Virus record (IMG/VR): IMGVR_UViG_3300011008_000999
DNA: 64,000 nucleotides
Origin: a virus
Lineage: Duplodnaviria > Caudoviricetes
Reading direction: 5' to 3' (one strand)
Notes under the pieces: model-generated
The model's input: only the letters and a program-made list of their open reading frames with translations
Told to the model about the DNA's origin: nothing
Databases searched by the model: none
Translations under genes and position numbers: made by a program
Shown here: positions 39,924 to 48,785 of the stretch, piece by piece
Numbering within the stretch: position 1 is the stretch's first letter
Layout: each line of letters opens with the position of its first letter

Positions 39924-40157
39924 TTAGGACTCCTTTTCTGTCTCCTTAATAACCTGTCTTACATATACATTCAATTCGTCATAGTAATCTCCAGCTTCAT
40001 CATCAAGATCGCCTACATCTCCGCAGTAGTTCTCATCAAAAGGAACAAAACCTGACATAATATTCATTGTTATCGCCTGTGCAGAACAATCAAGAATTTG
40101 ATCTTTTGTCAGATATTTGCTCATATAGTCTCTAACTAGCTTTTCTGATGAAGTCAT
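39924..40157 (-). CDS. hypothetical protein
   Basis: ORF with RBS. Confidence 0.6.
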   Translation of the reverse strand: MTSSEKLVRDYMSKYLTKDQILDCSAQAITMNIMSGFVPFDENYCGDVGDLDDEAGDYYDELNVYVRQVIKETEKES

Positions 40158-40168
40158 AGTTATACCTC

Positions 40169-40543
40169 CTAAATTTTTAGTATAAATGAATCACGCTTAA
40201 GTCCATCTCTATCTTCTACTTTTACTTTAATCTGTACTGACTCTACTTCAGTATCAGAATCAATTTCTCTTTTATATTGATTGATCCAGTACTTTGCCCA
40301 TCTAGTAAGTTCATCTTTCATACCAGATAGATCTGAACGCCATATTTCCTGACATAACCAATCTATCACAATATAATCATCTTGTACATGTGCCTCACAA
40401 CTTTTATTACGAAGAGGCTCTTCTGAATTATGATTAAAACTAAAAATATTGATTTTTTCTTCATTAAAACCAGGAACTGGTGCAGCAGAATGTTGTTTCC
40501 AACAAATTCCAAAGTGTTCTAACAGATATTCTAAAAGTGTCAT
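40169..40543 (-). CDS. hypothetical protein
   Basis: ORF with RBS. Confidence 0.65.
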   Translation of the reverse strand: MTLLEYLLEHFGICWKQHSAAPVPGFNEEKINIFSFNHNSEEPLRNKSCEAHVQDDYIVIDWLCQEIWRSDLSGMKDELTRWAKYWINQYKREIDSDTEVESVQIKVKVEDRDGLKRDSFILKI

Positions 40544-40554
40544 TTAAGATCTCC

Positions 40555-41076
40555 TTATAATACAAATTTAATGATACAGCCTATAGAAATACTTAAGAAT
40601 ACACATACCCAAGTAAATACTATGCTTCCAATCTCACCACTCTTAAAATTAGCAAGATGTACTTTCTTAAATATAAAGAATGGAATACCCTTTGGATTAA
40701 ATAAGTCTAAGAATAAATGACTTAAACAACCAATAATAAATCCTATCATTGGTGGAAAGAAAAAGTAAGACAATACTAAGCCAATCAAATAGATCAAAGG
40801 ATCATGAAGAATACCTCTATGATTAGCTCCTGTCTTACCTAACTTCTCATTTATAAAACCAATAATAGTAGATATTGGTGCTGAAAGTCTACCCATATAA
40901 CTAGATGGATTATCTATATCTGGAAAAATACCACCAATGAGACCGCCAAGTATAAATAGCGTAGCGGTCTCTGGTGTATTAGTTACATGAGGAAGTATAG
41001 TTGTTACTCTATCTAAATTCATTGTAAGTGCTGTACCTACAGCTGCACCATATACAAAATGACAATTTCCGTTCAT
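40555..41076 (-). CDS. YdjM-like membrane-bound metal-dependent hydrolase
   Basis: PDID; HRGILH; SHLFLDLFN..GIP. Confidence 0.85.
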   Translation of the reverse strand: MNGNCHFVYGAAVGTALTMNLDRVTTILPHVTNTPETATLFILGGLIGGIFPDIDNPSSYMGRLSAPISTIIGFINEKLGKTGANHRGILHDPLIYLIGLVLSYFFFPPMIGFIIGCLSHLFLDLFNPKGIPFFIFKKVHLANFKSGEIGSIVFTWVCVFLSISIGCIIKFVL

Positions 41077-41100
41077 AAATTAAATACCTCTTTTTGTTTT

Positions 41101-41134
41101 ATTATAACAAGAAACCGTCAACTTGTAAATAGTT
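41101..41134 (-). promoter_or_regulatory. sigma70-type promoter
   Basis: AACTATTTACA-N17-TATAAT. Confidence 0.75.
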
Positions 41135-41136
41135 TC

Positions 41137-41502
41137 TTATTTATAAATTCTAATCTTTTGTAAGCAATCTACAGGAAACTCAAAATTATCTTCCTTTCGA
41201 ATATTGATCTCTCTGCAAAGATCATACAAAGTCTCATACTTATCTGCATTACTATCAAGATTGGCGATCATAAGATTAAATGTATTAGGACAGTGCTCTT
41301 CTAAGAACTTAGTTACAGACTCAAAGTTCTCTTTAGAATCACTTAATCCATACATAAGAATTTCATGTGTTTCATGTAAATCACCAGAAATAAATCCTGC
41401 GCATTCCATGTCATTTTCTGAAGTACCTCTATTATACTTTTCATAGTCTTTAGAGGCTTTATCAAAGAATGTTAAATGCTCTTCTAATTCTGCGTACTGC
41501 AT
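41137..41502 (-). CDS. hypothetical protein
   Basis: RBS before MQYA. Confidence 0.6.
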   Translation of the reverse strand: MQYAELEEHLTFFDKASKDYEKYNRGTSENDMECAGFISGDLHETHEILMYGLSDSKENFESVTKFLEEHCPNTFNLMIANLDSNADKYETLYDLCREINIRKEDNFEFPVDCLQKIRIYK

Positions 41503-41513
41503 ACTGATACCTC

Positions 41514-41852
41514 CTAATATTCCCATTCACTATCAATAATGAAATTCTGTACACGTTTAGCAAAAGCTAACGCAGATTTAAGAACTTCAATATATTCTTC
41601 AGTATCAGCAAAAGAGTCTGAACACATTCTCATACCATGCGATACTTCAGTTCTCTCAGGATCATATTTATATTTAACAGGTGTACCATCAAAAGATGGA
41701 TTACCAGCTCTGTAGAGTCTAACTTCTACTACATGCTTTTCAGCTGCATCAGAGCTTTTAACTTTAAGACCTTCCCAAGGAGTATCATTTACTCCAATAC
41801 CAGATTCTTTTACTAAAGTAAAATCACCTTCTGAAAAAATTACTTCTAACAT
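41514..41852 (-). CDS. hypothetical protein
   Basis: ORF with RBS. Confidence 0.65.
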   Translation of the reverse strand: MLEVIFSEGDFTLVKESGIGVNDTPWEGLKVKSSDAAEKHVVEVRLYRAGNPSFDGTPVKYKYDPERTEVSHGMRMCSDSFADTEEYIEVLKSALAFAKRVQNFIIDSEWEY

Positions 41853-41863
41853 ATTTATACCTC

Positions 41864-42364
41864 CTATTCTACAAGCTTGTATACATAAGATTGTTCTAGT
41901 AAATCACCTATAGAGTAACCTCTTGAAAAATACGAATGTTTTTCTAAGAACTTACGATAAGCTTTTACAGTGTAAGCTTTTTTAGTTCTATATACAATCT
42001 CATATACTGAATAAATCTTTTTTCTTTTACCAATATCATGTATATTTATTGAATCGAATTCTGGTCCAATAAAATCAAAGTCAGCTATTTCTTCACAGCC
42101 AGTTGAAAATTGATTTTTGAATATTTGTTCTAATGCTTGATTATCTTCAAATGTTTCTTCAAGTAAATTATCAAAACAGTCATATTCATCTTCAGCATCA
42201 TATATCTCTGTGATTATATTTGTACCATTTTTAGACTTATATTCTACTATGGTATTATCTTCAACAAATTCTCTAAATTCAAAGATATACTTATGCTCAT
42301 TATATTCTTTAGCATTATAATCATCTATCTGTGAATTTAATGAATACTTAGTATTAAGCTGCAC
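41864..42364 (-). CDS. hypothetical protein
   Basis: ORF with RBS. Confidence 0.65.
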   Translation of the reverse strand: MQLNTKYSLNSQIDDYNAKEYNEHKYIFEFREFVEDNTIVEYKSKNGTNIITEIYDAEDEYDCFDNLLEETFEDNQALEQIFKNQFSTGCEEIADFDFIGPEFDSINIHDIGKRKKIYSVYEIVYRTKKAYTVKAYRKFLEKHSYFSRGYSIGDLLEQSYVYKLVE

Positions 42365-42379
42365 GATAAATACCTCCTT

Positions 42380-42753
42380 CTAAACAAAATGACCTGCTTC
42401 TTTCGAAACAAGTCATTTTTCACATTCTTACTTATCTAAAACTAATTTCATTCCTTTGCCCCAAGTCATAGTTTCTACTGGTGCATAGAGATCATTGAAT
42501 TTCTGACTTTTCTTAGGCTTGATATTGATCAGAGTAACTTTATTACCGTCCAAACTAATATCTCCTACTAATTGAAGTTCAGCTAATTCAGCTTCGACTT
42601 CCTCTTCTGTCATCTCTGATACATCAGCAATTTTAGGAATGTCTAATTCAAATTCATTGCTGTTAAAGTAACTTCCTAAGTAACTTAAAATCTTTTTCAT
42701 TTTGACTCCTTTGCTAGATATTTATATCTTACATTATTATAAATAAATAGCTC
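42380..42753 (-). repeat. promoter-hairpin unit interrupted by a gene between GTAAGA direct repeats
   Basis: CTATTTATTTATAATAAT-GTAAGA-[ORF]-GTAAGA-ATGTGAAAAATGACTTG...CAGGTCATTTT. Confidence 0.65.
42428..42700 (-). CDS. small protein, possibly winged-helix
   Basis: 90-aa ORF with RBS inside the repeat unit. Confidence 0.65.
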   Translation of the reverse strand: MKKILSYLGSYFNSNEFELDIPKIADVSEMTEEEVEAELAELQLVGDISLDGNKVTLINIKPKKSQKFNDLYAPVETMTWGKGMKLVLDK

Positions 42754-42764
42754 TTAGCCAAAAT

Positions 42765-42796
42765 AAAAGGAGTACAGTTTTCACTATACTCCTTTG
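42765..42796 (-). terminator. intrinsic terminator
   Basis: AAAGGAGTATAGTGAAAACTGTACTCCTTTT. Confidence 0.7.
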
Positions 42797-42819
42797 ATTT
42801 TAAGTTGTAAAATTAGGAA

Positions 42820-43956
42820 TTACAGAATAGCATCAATTGCGTTCTGAACACAATCTACATACTCATTCATATCATTCTCTTCAAGTACCTCGATGAGATC
42901 TTCAAGGGTTTTCTTGAGTTCGGCCTTGGTAGCGATCTGTCTTACAGGTCTCTTACCACCGGAAGTAATATAAAGAGTGAAGGTGTAGAATGCATCTGTA
43001 GGCTCAACTTTAGAGATACCACAAAGTCTACGTCTACCATTATCCGTGCCGTCCTTATCTGCAGTATAGATAGATACATTCATTGCATCCTTTGCATTTG
43101 ATCTAGATACAACAAGCTTAGTACCTCTACCACCTCTTTCAAGGTTATCACAGAAATCTTCGATATTAGTATAGAGTGCTTCCCATTCCTTCTGGTATGC
43201 TTCAGGTGTAGAACTTGTAAGATGTGCTACAAGACCATCTACATAACCTTCGAATTCAGAGCCATCTGCATTCTGGATTGCCTTAAATACCTTAGAGTTA
43301 GATCTAACAAGAGAGATAACCTCGTCCTTAGGAACCTTAGGACATACCCAAGTATCTTCAGGAAGACCAACTTCCTCATTAATCTGCTTTCTAAGAGCGG
43401 CGTGAACATCCTTAAAGTCTGCTTTACTTACAATATTACCCGGTCTCTGAGGAAGAGTACTACGAAGATCATCGTCATTTCCATATCTCTTGGAAAGTTC
43501 TACTGCTTCCTTATACATAGCCATAAGATCAGCAACTAACATACCACTGAAATCAGGATGATATGCAGAGAAGAATCTGGTTGTAGGAATATCACCTACT
43601 GCAACAGTAGAAGCATTCTGTTCAAACTCATCAGGATGATTTGCTTTGTATTCTTTCCACTTCTTATCTGCAGCTTCGATCTGAGCTTTATACTTAACAC
43701 CCCACTCAGCATTGTGCTCATGCTCTGCCCAAGTGTCCTTGACCTCATAATCAGTCTTAGCAGTATGAGTTACATAAGTAGGATCATCAGTACCAATTAC
43801 GATTGCCTTAATATCAGCTGCTACGTCTCTTGCAACATTGTGAATGAAAAGAGGAGTAGCACTATAAGTACCATCGTCATTAGGCTTGAAATATCGCTCA
43901 TCGATATTTCCAGACAGCTGAAACTTCTTTGTTGACAACATTTCAAATAAATTCAT
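42820..43956 (-). CDS. hypothetical protein, paralog of 59474-60226
   Basis: Shared YF..N.DGTYS.TPL.I.N.ARD and WKEYKA.HPDEF. Confidence 0.85.
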   Translation of the reverse strand: MNLFEMLSTKKFQLSGNIDERYFKPNDDGTYSATPLFIHNVARDVAADIKAIVIGTDDPTYVTHTAKTDYEVKDTWAEHEHNAEWGVKYKAQIEAADKKWKEYKANHPDEFEQNASTVAVGDIPTTRFFSAYHPDFSGMLVADLMAMYKEAVELSKRYGNDDDLRSTLPQRPGNIVSKADFKDVHAALRKQINEEVGLPEDTWVCPKVPKDEVISLVRSNSKVFKAIQNADGSEFEGYVDGLVAHLTSSTPEAYQKEWEALYTNIEDFCDNLERGGRGTKLVVSRSNAKDAMNVSIYTADKDGTDNGRRRLCGISKVEPTDAFYTFTLYITSGGKRPVRQIATKAELKKTLEDLIEVLEENDMNEYVDCVQNAIDAIL

Positions 43957-44006
43957 GATAAATCTCCTTTCGAATTATAGGTTCATTTATTTGATTTGAT
44001 ATAATT

Positions 44007-44040
44007 ATTATATCACGATCTAACCTATTTGTAAATAGTT
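44007..44040 (-). promoter_or_regulatory. sigma70-type promoter
   Basis: AACTATTTACA-N17-TATAAT. Confidence 0.75.
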
Positions 44041-44251
44041 ATTTATTAACTATTTTGAAGTATTTCATAGCACCAATTAATTCTTTTTCTTCTTCGGATT
44101 TAGCCATTGTTTTTAACATATAAATTTCGTCATCAGTTAGTTGTTTTCTAGCAGAAATTTTTGCCACTATTACTGAAATTATTATATAGACTACAACTAT
44201 TATCATCATTAACATACAAGCACAAATCCAACCTCTATCAAATTCAGTCAT
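44039..44251 (-). CDS. small membrane protein
   Basis: Single TM helix. Confidence 0.6.
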   Translation of the reverse strand: MTEFDRGWICACMLMMIIVVVYIIISVIVAKISARKQLTDDEIYMLKTMAKSEEEKELIGAMKYFKIVNK

Positions 44252-44415
44252 TTTAATTTCCTTCCTAAATAACTTCTATCTATTATTGGACAGCTGTCAA
44301 CCATAATTCATTAATAGTATCAGCAGATACATTATTATACAAATAGAATCCGCATAAAATACCTAAACCAATTACAAGTACTGCAACAATACCAAATATA
44401 ACTTTCTTTTTCATT

Positions 44416-44772
44416 TTAACAATATTTCCTTCCACTTCCATACGGTATTGGTGATCTAGATCCTCTATAGGTAAAGGTACCATCATCATTAACGATAAAC
44501 TCTAACCAAACATTGGTTTTAGGATTACCCAAATTAAAAGAATCATCACCTGTAATTTCAATTCCTTCAAGTTGGTCAAATAAATCTTGTAGACTATCTT
44601 CATCATCAAAACTCATTTGACTAAATAGAAAATCTTTGCCTCTGACAATATTTCTACCAAGAGCGCGTATGATACTGTATTGGTCAAAGAAATTTCTTTT
44701 CTCAGAGGCATCAATCATTTCTTTATAGAATCGAATTTTCTTAAATTCATTATTCTTAATCAATTGACTCAC
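44416..44772 (-). CDS. hypothetical protein
   Basis: ORF in gene train. Confidence 0.6.
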   Translation of the reverse strand: MSQLIKNNEFKKIRFYKEMIDASEKRNFFDQYSIIRALGRNIVRGKDFLFSQMSFDDEDSLQDLFDQLEGIEITGDDSFNLGNPKTNVWLEFIVNDDGTFTYRGSRSPIPYGSGRKYC

Positions 44773-45056
44773 CTTCTTTTTATATACTCATAATAAATCT
44801 TTTTAATCTCTTCCTGATCAGCTTTACTGATTTCAGTTTTGTATGTTTCTGCACTACCATCCTCAAAGCCTTCTTCTACAAAGAAATGGAATGAGTTATT
44901 ATCATCTTCCCAGACTTCAAAACCGAATAAAAGATAACCTTTGTCTCCATTATCTACAATATAGTCAGAAAACATATAACTGCCTTCTCCAGCATATTCT
45001 TTCAGATGTGCAAGATCTACATTTTGACATAAACCATATTGTGTTTGAACTACCAT
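44769..45056 (-). CDS. hypothetical protein
   Basis: ORF with RBS. Confidence 0.65.
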   Translation of the reverse strand: MVVQTQYGLCQNVDLAHLKEYAGEGSYMFSDYIVDNGDKGYLLFGFEVWEDDNNSFHFFVEEGFEDGSAETYKTEISKADQEEIKKIYYEYIKRR

Positions 45057-45067
45057 AACTATACTCC

Positions 45068-45547
45068 TTAATCTGCACTATATTCTCTATACCAATTTTC
45101 ATCATCAGAGTCTAAGTATTTATATTCTGGTGCAGGACCAATATTTGGTCTTCCATACTCACCATCTCTAAAATATTTTACTTCTGAGTCAGTTCCAAAT
45201 ATAGCAAACTTAAGTACTTCTTTGCTCCAACCATCAGGAACTCCCATATCTTCAGGATGATCCTTATACTTATCTACTGCTTCTTGAAAATATCTATCGT
45301 GACCACCATAAATAATCTCTTCTACACCTGAGATATAGAGGAAATTGACTAACTTATCTATATTCTCACGATCAGATTTCCAACCATGAATAATAGAATA
45401 TATAACTTTTTCTGATGGCTTCAAAGAAGTTTCATCATCTACATAAATGAATCTCTGTGGTACGTGAATACCCTGACTCTTAGGAATAATAAGTACATTA
45501 GCACTAGAGCTGTTTGTTTCAAACATTGAATGTCTAATCTGAATCAT
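45068..45547 (-). CDS. FETNSSS-motif family protein
   Basis: MIQIRHSMFETNSSSA. Confidence 0.75.
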   Translation of the reverse strand: MIQIRHSMFETNSSSANVLIIPKSQGIHVPQRFIYVDDETSLKPSEKVIYSIIHGWKSDRENIDKLVNFLYISGVEEIIYGGHDRYFQEAVDKYKDHPEDMGVPDGWSKEVLKFAIFGTDSEVKYFRDGEYGRPNIGPAPEYKYLDSDDENWYREYSAD

Positions 45548-45559
45548 ATTATCATCTCC

Positions 45560-45982
45560 TTATCTATGAATATCTAAAACCGTAAAATCTTTTGGAATAT
45601 TTTTATATTCATCATAATCTGGCGTATCTAAATATATTGAACTTGAATCAAATAAAAATGCATCGAGGTCTTCTTGTTTCATATTATAGCCAAACATATA
45701 AGAATCATAATCAAATGTATCACCTACATCATTAATTATATTGATACCTTTATAGCTTAAATACTGAATAAATTCTGCTGCATGACCTTCATCTTCAGCT
45801 TTATTATACATAAAAGCTAATTTATCTTCTACAGAAGCATTTTTATCTAAACTATATGTATCAACCATTAATCTAGACATTTTTATTTCTTTAGGTATTT
45901 TTAATGACGGATTAGGTGGAATGCAAAATACATCTGCACTAGAACTATTAGTCTCAAACATCGACTGTCTAATTTGTATCAT
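45560..45982 (-). CDS. FETNSSS-motif family protein
   Basis: MIQIRQSMFETNSSSA. Confidence 0.75.
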   Translation of the reverse strand: MIQIRQSMFETNSSSADVFCIPPNPSLKIPKEIKMSRLMVDTYSLDKNASVEDKLAFMYNKAEDEGHAAEFIQYLSYKGINIINDVGDTFDYDSYMFGYNMKQEDLDAFLFDSSSIYLDTPDYDEYKNIPKDFTVLDIHR

Positions 45983-45998
45983 AATATATTCCTCCTAT

Positions 45999-46466
45999 CT
46001 ACCAATTTCCATCTTCATCATCTTCTAAGTTAGTTTCACATTCCTCTTCAAATGTACACATAATAATCTCATACATATCAGTACCTTTGAAAGTATGTAT
46101 ATTCTGAAATGGTTCATTTGAAGGATTACACTCCTGAAGTAAACTTCCTGGAATATCTGCTTTATAGACACATGAGTTGATGTCTTTATAATATTCACAT
46201 CTATTATTCCAGTCATACTCAAAGTTATTTTGGTTTAATGAGTCTATATCAACTTTTAGAACTACTATATCTTCAGGACATTCATCTGCACACTCTGCAT
46301 AAGCTTCTGCAGCATCAGCATTTAGTGCTAGAAATATCTTACCTTTAAGAGCTTCTACACCTATTTCATCCTTAAAGGCATGTTCAGGCGGGTTAATTAA
46401 CAGTCCATTTTGTTTTATAGACTCTAAATTTTTTCTGTCAGTTGCATGATAGAGATATAAACTCAT
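45999..46466 (-). CDS. putative ADP-ribosyltransferase-fold protein (Tpt1/KptA-like)
   Basis: LYHATD..NLESIKQNGL..IFLA..A..YA..VVLKVD..Y..DIP. Confidence 0.6.
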   Translation of the reverse strand: MSLYLYHATDRKNLESIKQNGLLINPPEHAFKDEIGVEALKGKIFLALNADAAEAYAECADECPEDIVVLKVDIDSLNQNNFEYDWNNRCEYYKDINSCVYKADIPGSLLQECNPSNEPFQNIHTFKGTDMYEIIMCTFEEECETNLEDDEDGNW

Positions 46467-46493
46467 GTTGTTACCTCCTCATCATTAGTCATT

Positions 46494-46859
46494 TTATGGC
46501 TTTTCTACTAAAATATCAAATCCTCTACCGTAATATCTATTACCTTCGTCACCATAAACATCGATTATCTTTATTTTAGTATCTTCTGCATATACAAAAA
46601 TTTGAATCACTTCATCATAATTTCTCTGGTCATATACAAGTTCGACATTAGTAATAGCATTATCACATTTATTAAGTTCTTCTAAGTAATACCAACCATT
46701 ACCACATCCGCCACAACCTTCATTAGTGCGAATTCTTAACTGTGTTCCATCATTTAAGATTATATATCCGTTTTGATCATCAATAATATGTACTTCATCG
46801 ATCTTTTTATATAATAATACTTTTTTGAGCTCTTCAATATCTTCGCCATCTATTATCAT
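46494..46859 (-). CDS. hypothetical protein
   Basis: NEGCGGCGNG motif. Confidence 0.65.
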   Translation of the reverse strand: MIIDGEDIEELKKVLLYKKIDEVHIIDDQNGYIILNDGTQLRIRTNEGCGGCGNGWYYLEELNKCDNAITNVELVYDQRNYDEVIQIFVYAEDTKIKIIDVYGDEGNRYYGRGFDILVEKP

Positions 46860-46889
46860 ACCAATAGTCCTTTCATCTAGTATGTTTTA

Positions 46890-46960
46890 AGTAAAAATGG
46901 CCTACCTCAAAAGAGGTAAGCCATCATTGTTCACATTCATTCTATTAATAATAAATAGCT
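46890..46960 (-). repeat. dispersed promoter-hairpin unit
   Basis: CTATTTATTATTAATAGAATGAATGTGAACAATGATGGCTTACCTCTTTTGAGGTAGGCCATTTTT. Confidence 0.7.
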
Positions 46961-46979
46961 CTTTAAGTGGTTTTTAGCC

Positions 46980-47183
46980 TCAATGGCTATCTCTCCAAAT
47001 ATTGTGTTTTTCTCTAGCGACTTCACAATATTCAGTATAGTACTTGAAAGTAGCGTCCATTACTTCAGACACATACTCAGAGAAAAATTCATCTTTACTC
47101 ATGACATGCATACATGAAAAATCTGAACTAGCTCTCAATTTGATTGATTCAAATATCTCTTTTAACTTCTCTTCACTTTTCAT
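46980..47183 (-). CDS. hypothetical protein
   Basis: ORF with RBS. Confidence 0.6.
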   Translation of the reverse strand: MKSEEKLKEIFESIKLRASSDFSCMHVMSKDEFFSEYVSEVMDATFKYYTEYCEVAREKHNIWRDSH

Positions 47184-47192
47184 ATAACCTCC

Positions 47193-47666
47193 TTACTGAA
47201 CAAAATCCTTAATATCTGTAAAGACTAGAATCTTAATATCATCTTTATACTTAGAAGCATTCTCAAAGTCTTTTATATATGTATCGCATCTTTTAAGAAC
47301 TGCGTTCTTATCTATATCTTGAGGAATCCTAAGACAAGATTCCTTACAACCATCTGTCATAATTACGATAGATGCAAATCCATCTTTAACTGCTTCCTTA
47401 TACTTCTTCTCATAATCAGCAAGAACTAGAATCGCATAAAGCAAACAACCAAGATCATAAATACTATTAGGTCCATAGAATTCTTTTGCAATAGTATCAA
47501 GTTCTTTAGTATTAAAATCAAACTGATCAGGTCCGCCCCAACTATCCTGAGACCAGAAACCTTTATTTATTCCATTAAGGCAAATATTTCCTTGATAAAT
47601 GTCAAAACCTTCATGATCTTTAAACTTTTTAAGGTTCTTAAGTGAAATTCCTTTAATACTTGCCAT
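47193..47666 (-). CDS. hypothetical protein
   Basis: First gene after promoter; RBS. Confidence 0.7.
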   Translation of the reverse strand: MASIKGISLKNLKKFKDHEGFDIYQGNICLNGINKGFWSQDSWGGPDQFDFNTKELDTIAKEFYGPNSIYDLGCLLYAILVLADYEKKYKEAVKDGFASIVIMTDGCKESCLRIPQDIDKNAVLKRCDTYIKDFENASKYKDDIKILVFTDIKDFVQ

Positions 47667-47697
47667 GTTATAATACCTCCTTAAATATTATGGTTTT

Positions 47698-47731
47698 ATT
47701 ATAACATGAATTTGATAAAATGTAAATAGTT
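47698..47731 (-). promoter_or_regulatory. sigma70-type promoter
   Basis: AACTATTTACA-N17-TATAAT. Confidence 0.75.
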
Positions 47732-47732
47732 T

Positions 47733-48029
47733 TTACCAGTCATCTCCAACTAAAATATCAAGACATTTGTCACCATCATGATCAAACCAATTATATCCAA
47801 GTACCTTAGCTTTTTCAGAATAACTATCTCCATCTAATGACGTGAGAATATTTTTATCCCACTTAAATACTCCACAAAATCCAATAATATCATTAGTTAT
47901 AACATCTACACTATGTACCTGTACAATATTAATAGTAGTATCTTTAAACATTTCATTAAAAGATATTGGATTGTCTACTATAGTAAAATTCTGGTATCTA
48001 GGTAATTTCTTTATAATTTCCTTCCACAT
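47733..48029 (-). CDS. hypothetical protein
   Basis: ORF with RBS. Confidence 0.65.
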   Translation of the reverse strand: MWKEIIKKLPRYQNFTIVDNPISFNEMFKDTTINIVQVHSVDVITNDIIGFCGVFKWDKNILTSLDGDSYSEKAKVLGYNWFDHDGDKCLDILVGDDW

Positions 48030-48115
48030 AGTAAATCTCCTTAAAGAAAAACACTTACTTATTATCTAAGTAAGCGTTATATCATTACTAGTTCTTACAT
48101 ACAAATTAATGTTGT

Positions 48116-48664
48116 TTATGCTATTAAAGAAGAAATATGATAACCTCTAACAAAATCATATGTTTCTTCTACATTTAAAAGTGTTTTAGCTGTATCTTCA
48201 ACAAAGATTATTTCTCTGTTGTGTTTATCATGAATTTCTTTTAACTTTTCCAGTTTTTCCTTTGAATTTCTGACATGAATCACATTTTCTTCTTTTATAG
48301 TTGGAAAAAATTTTTTTATAGCTTCATTTTTTCCTTTTTCGACATTTTCCTGCGTTACAGTTAAAATATATACATCTTCTTCATATAATTCATTTAATAT
48401 ATACTGCATTGTTTTAGGAATTTTAACGTTTTCATAAATATTATGTAATTTTGAATATTCGTTTATATCATTATCTTTACAAGGAAGAAGTCTATCATTT
48501 GCATAATCAAAATGTGTTAATGTTCCATCAAAATCAAATACAATAGTTTTAAATTTCAGTAAAGATATAAGATCCAAAACATTTCTTATATATTCTTCTT
48601 TTAAGCTAGATATATCAATATCATTTAACATTCTTCCAGCGTTTATAATATTATCACCAAACAT
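48116..48664 (-). CDS. HAD-superfamily hydrolase
   Basis: IVFDFDGTL; FVEDT. Confidence 0.8.
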   Translation of the reverse strand: MFGDNIINAGRMLNDIDISSLKEEYIRNVLDLISLLKFKTIVFDFDGTLTHFDYANDRLLPCKDNDINEYSKLHNIYENVKIPKTMQYILNELYEEDVYILTVTQENVEKGKNEAIKKFFPTIKEENVIHVRNSKEKLEKLKEIHDKHNREIIFVEDTAKTLLNVEETYDFVRGYHISSLIA

Positions 48665-48785
48665 ATATTAAAATTAAACTTACCTTTCTTGAATAATTAT
48701 TTCTCCCTCATAGAATATAATATGCAGCTTAGCGATGACGGCACTATTACTCAAAGACTTATAGCTTCCTTTGCTCCCTGCATAT

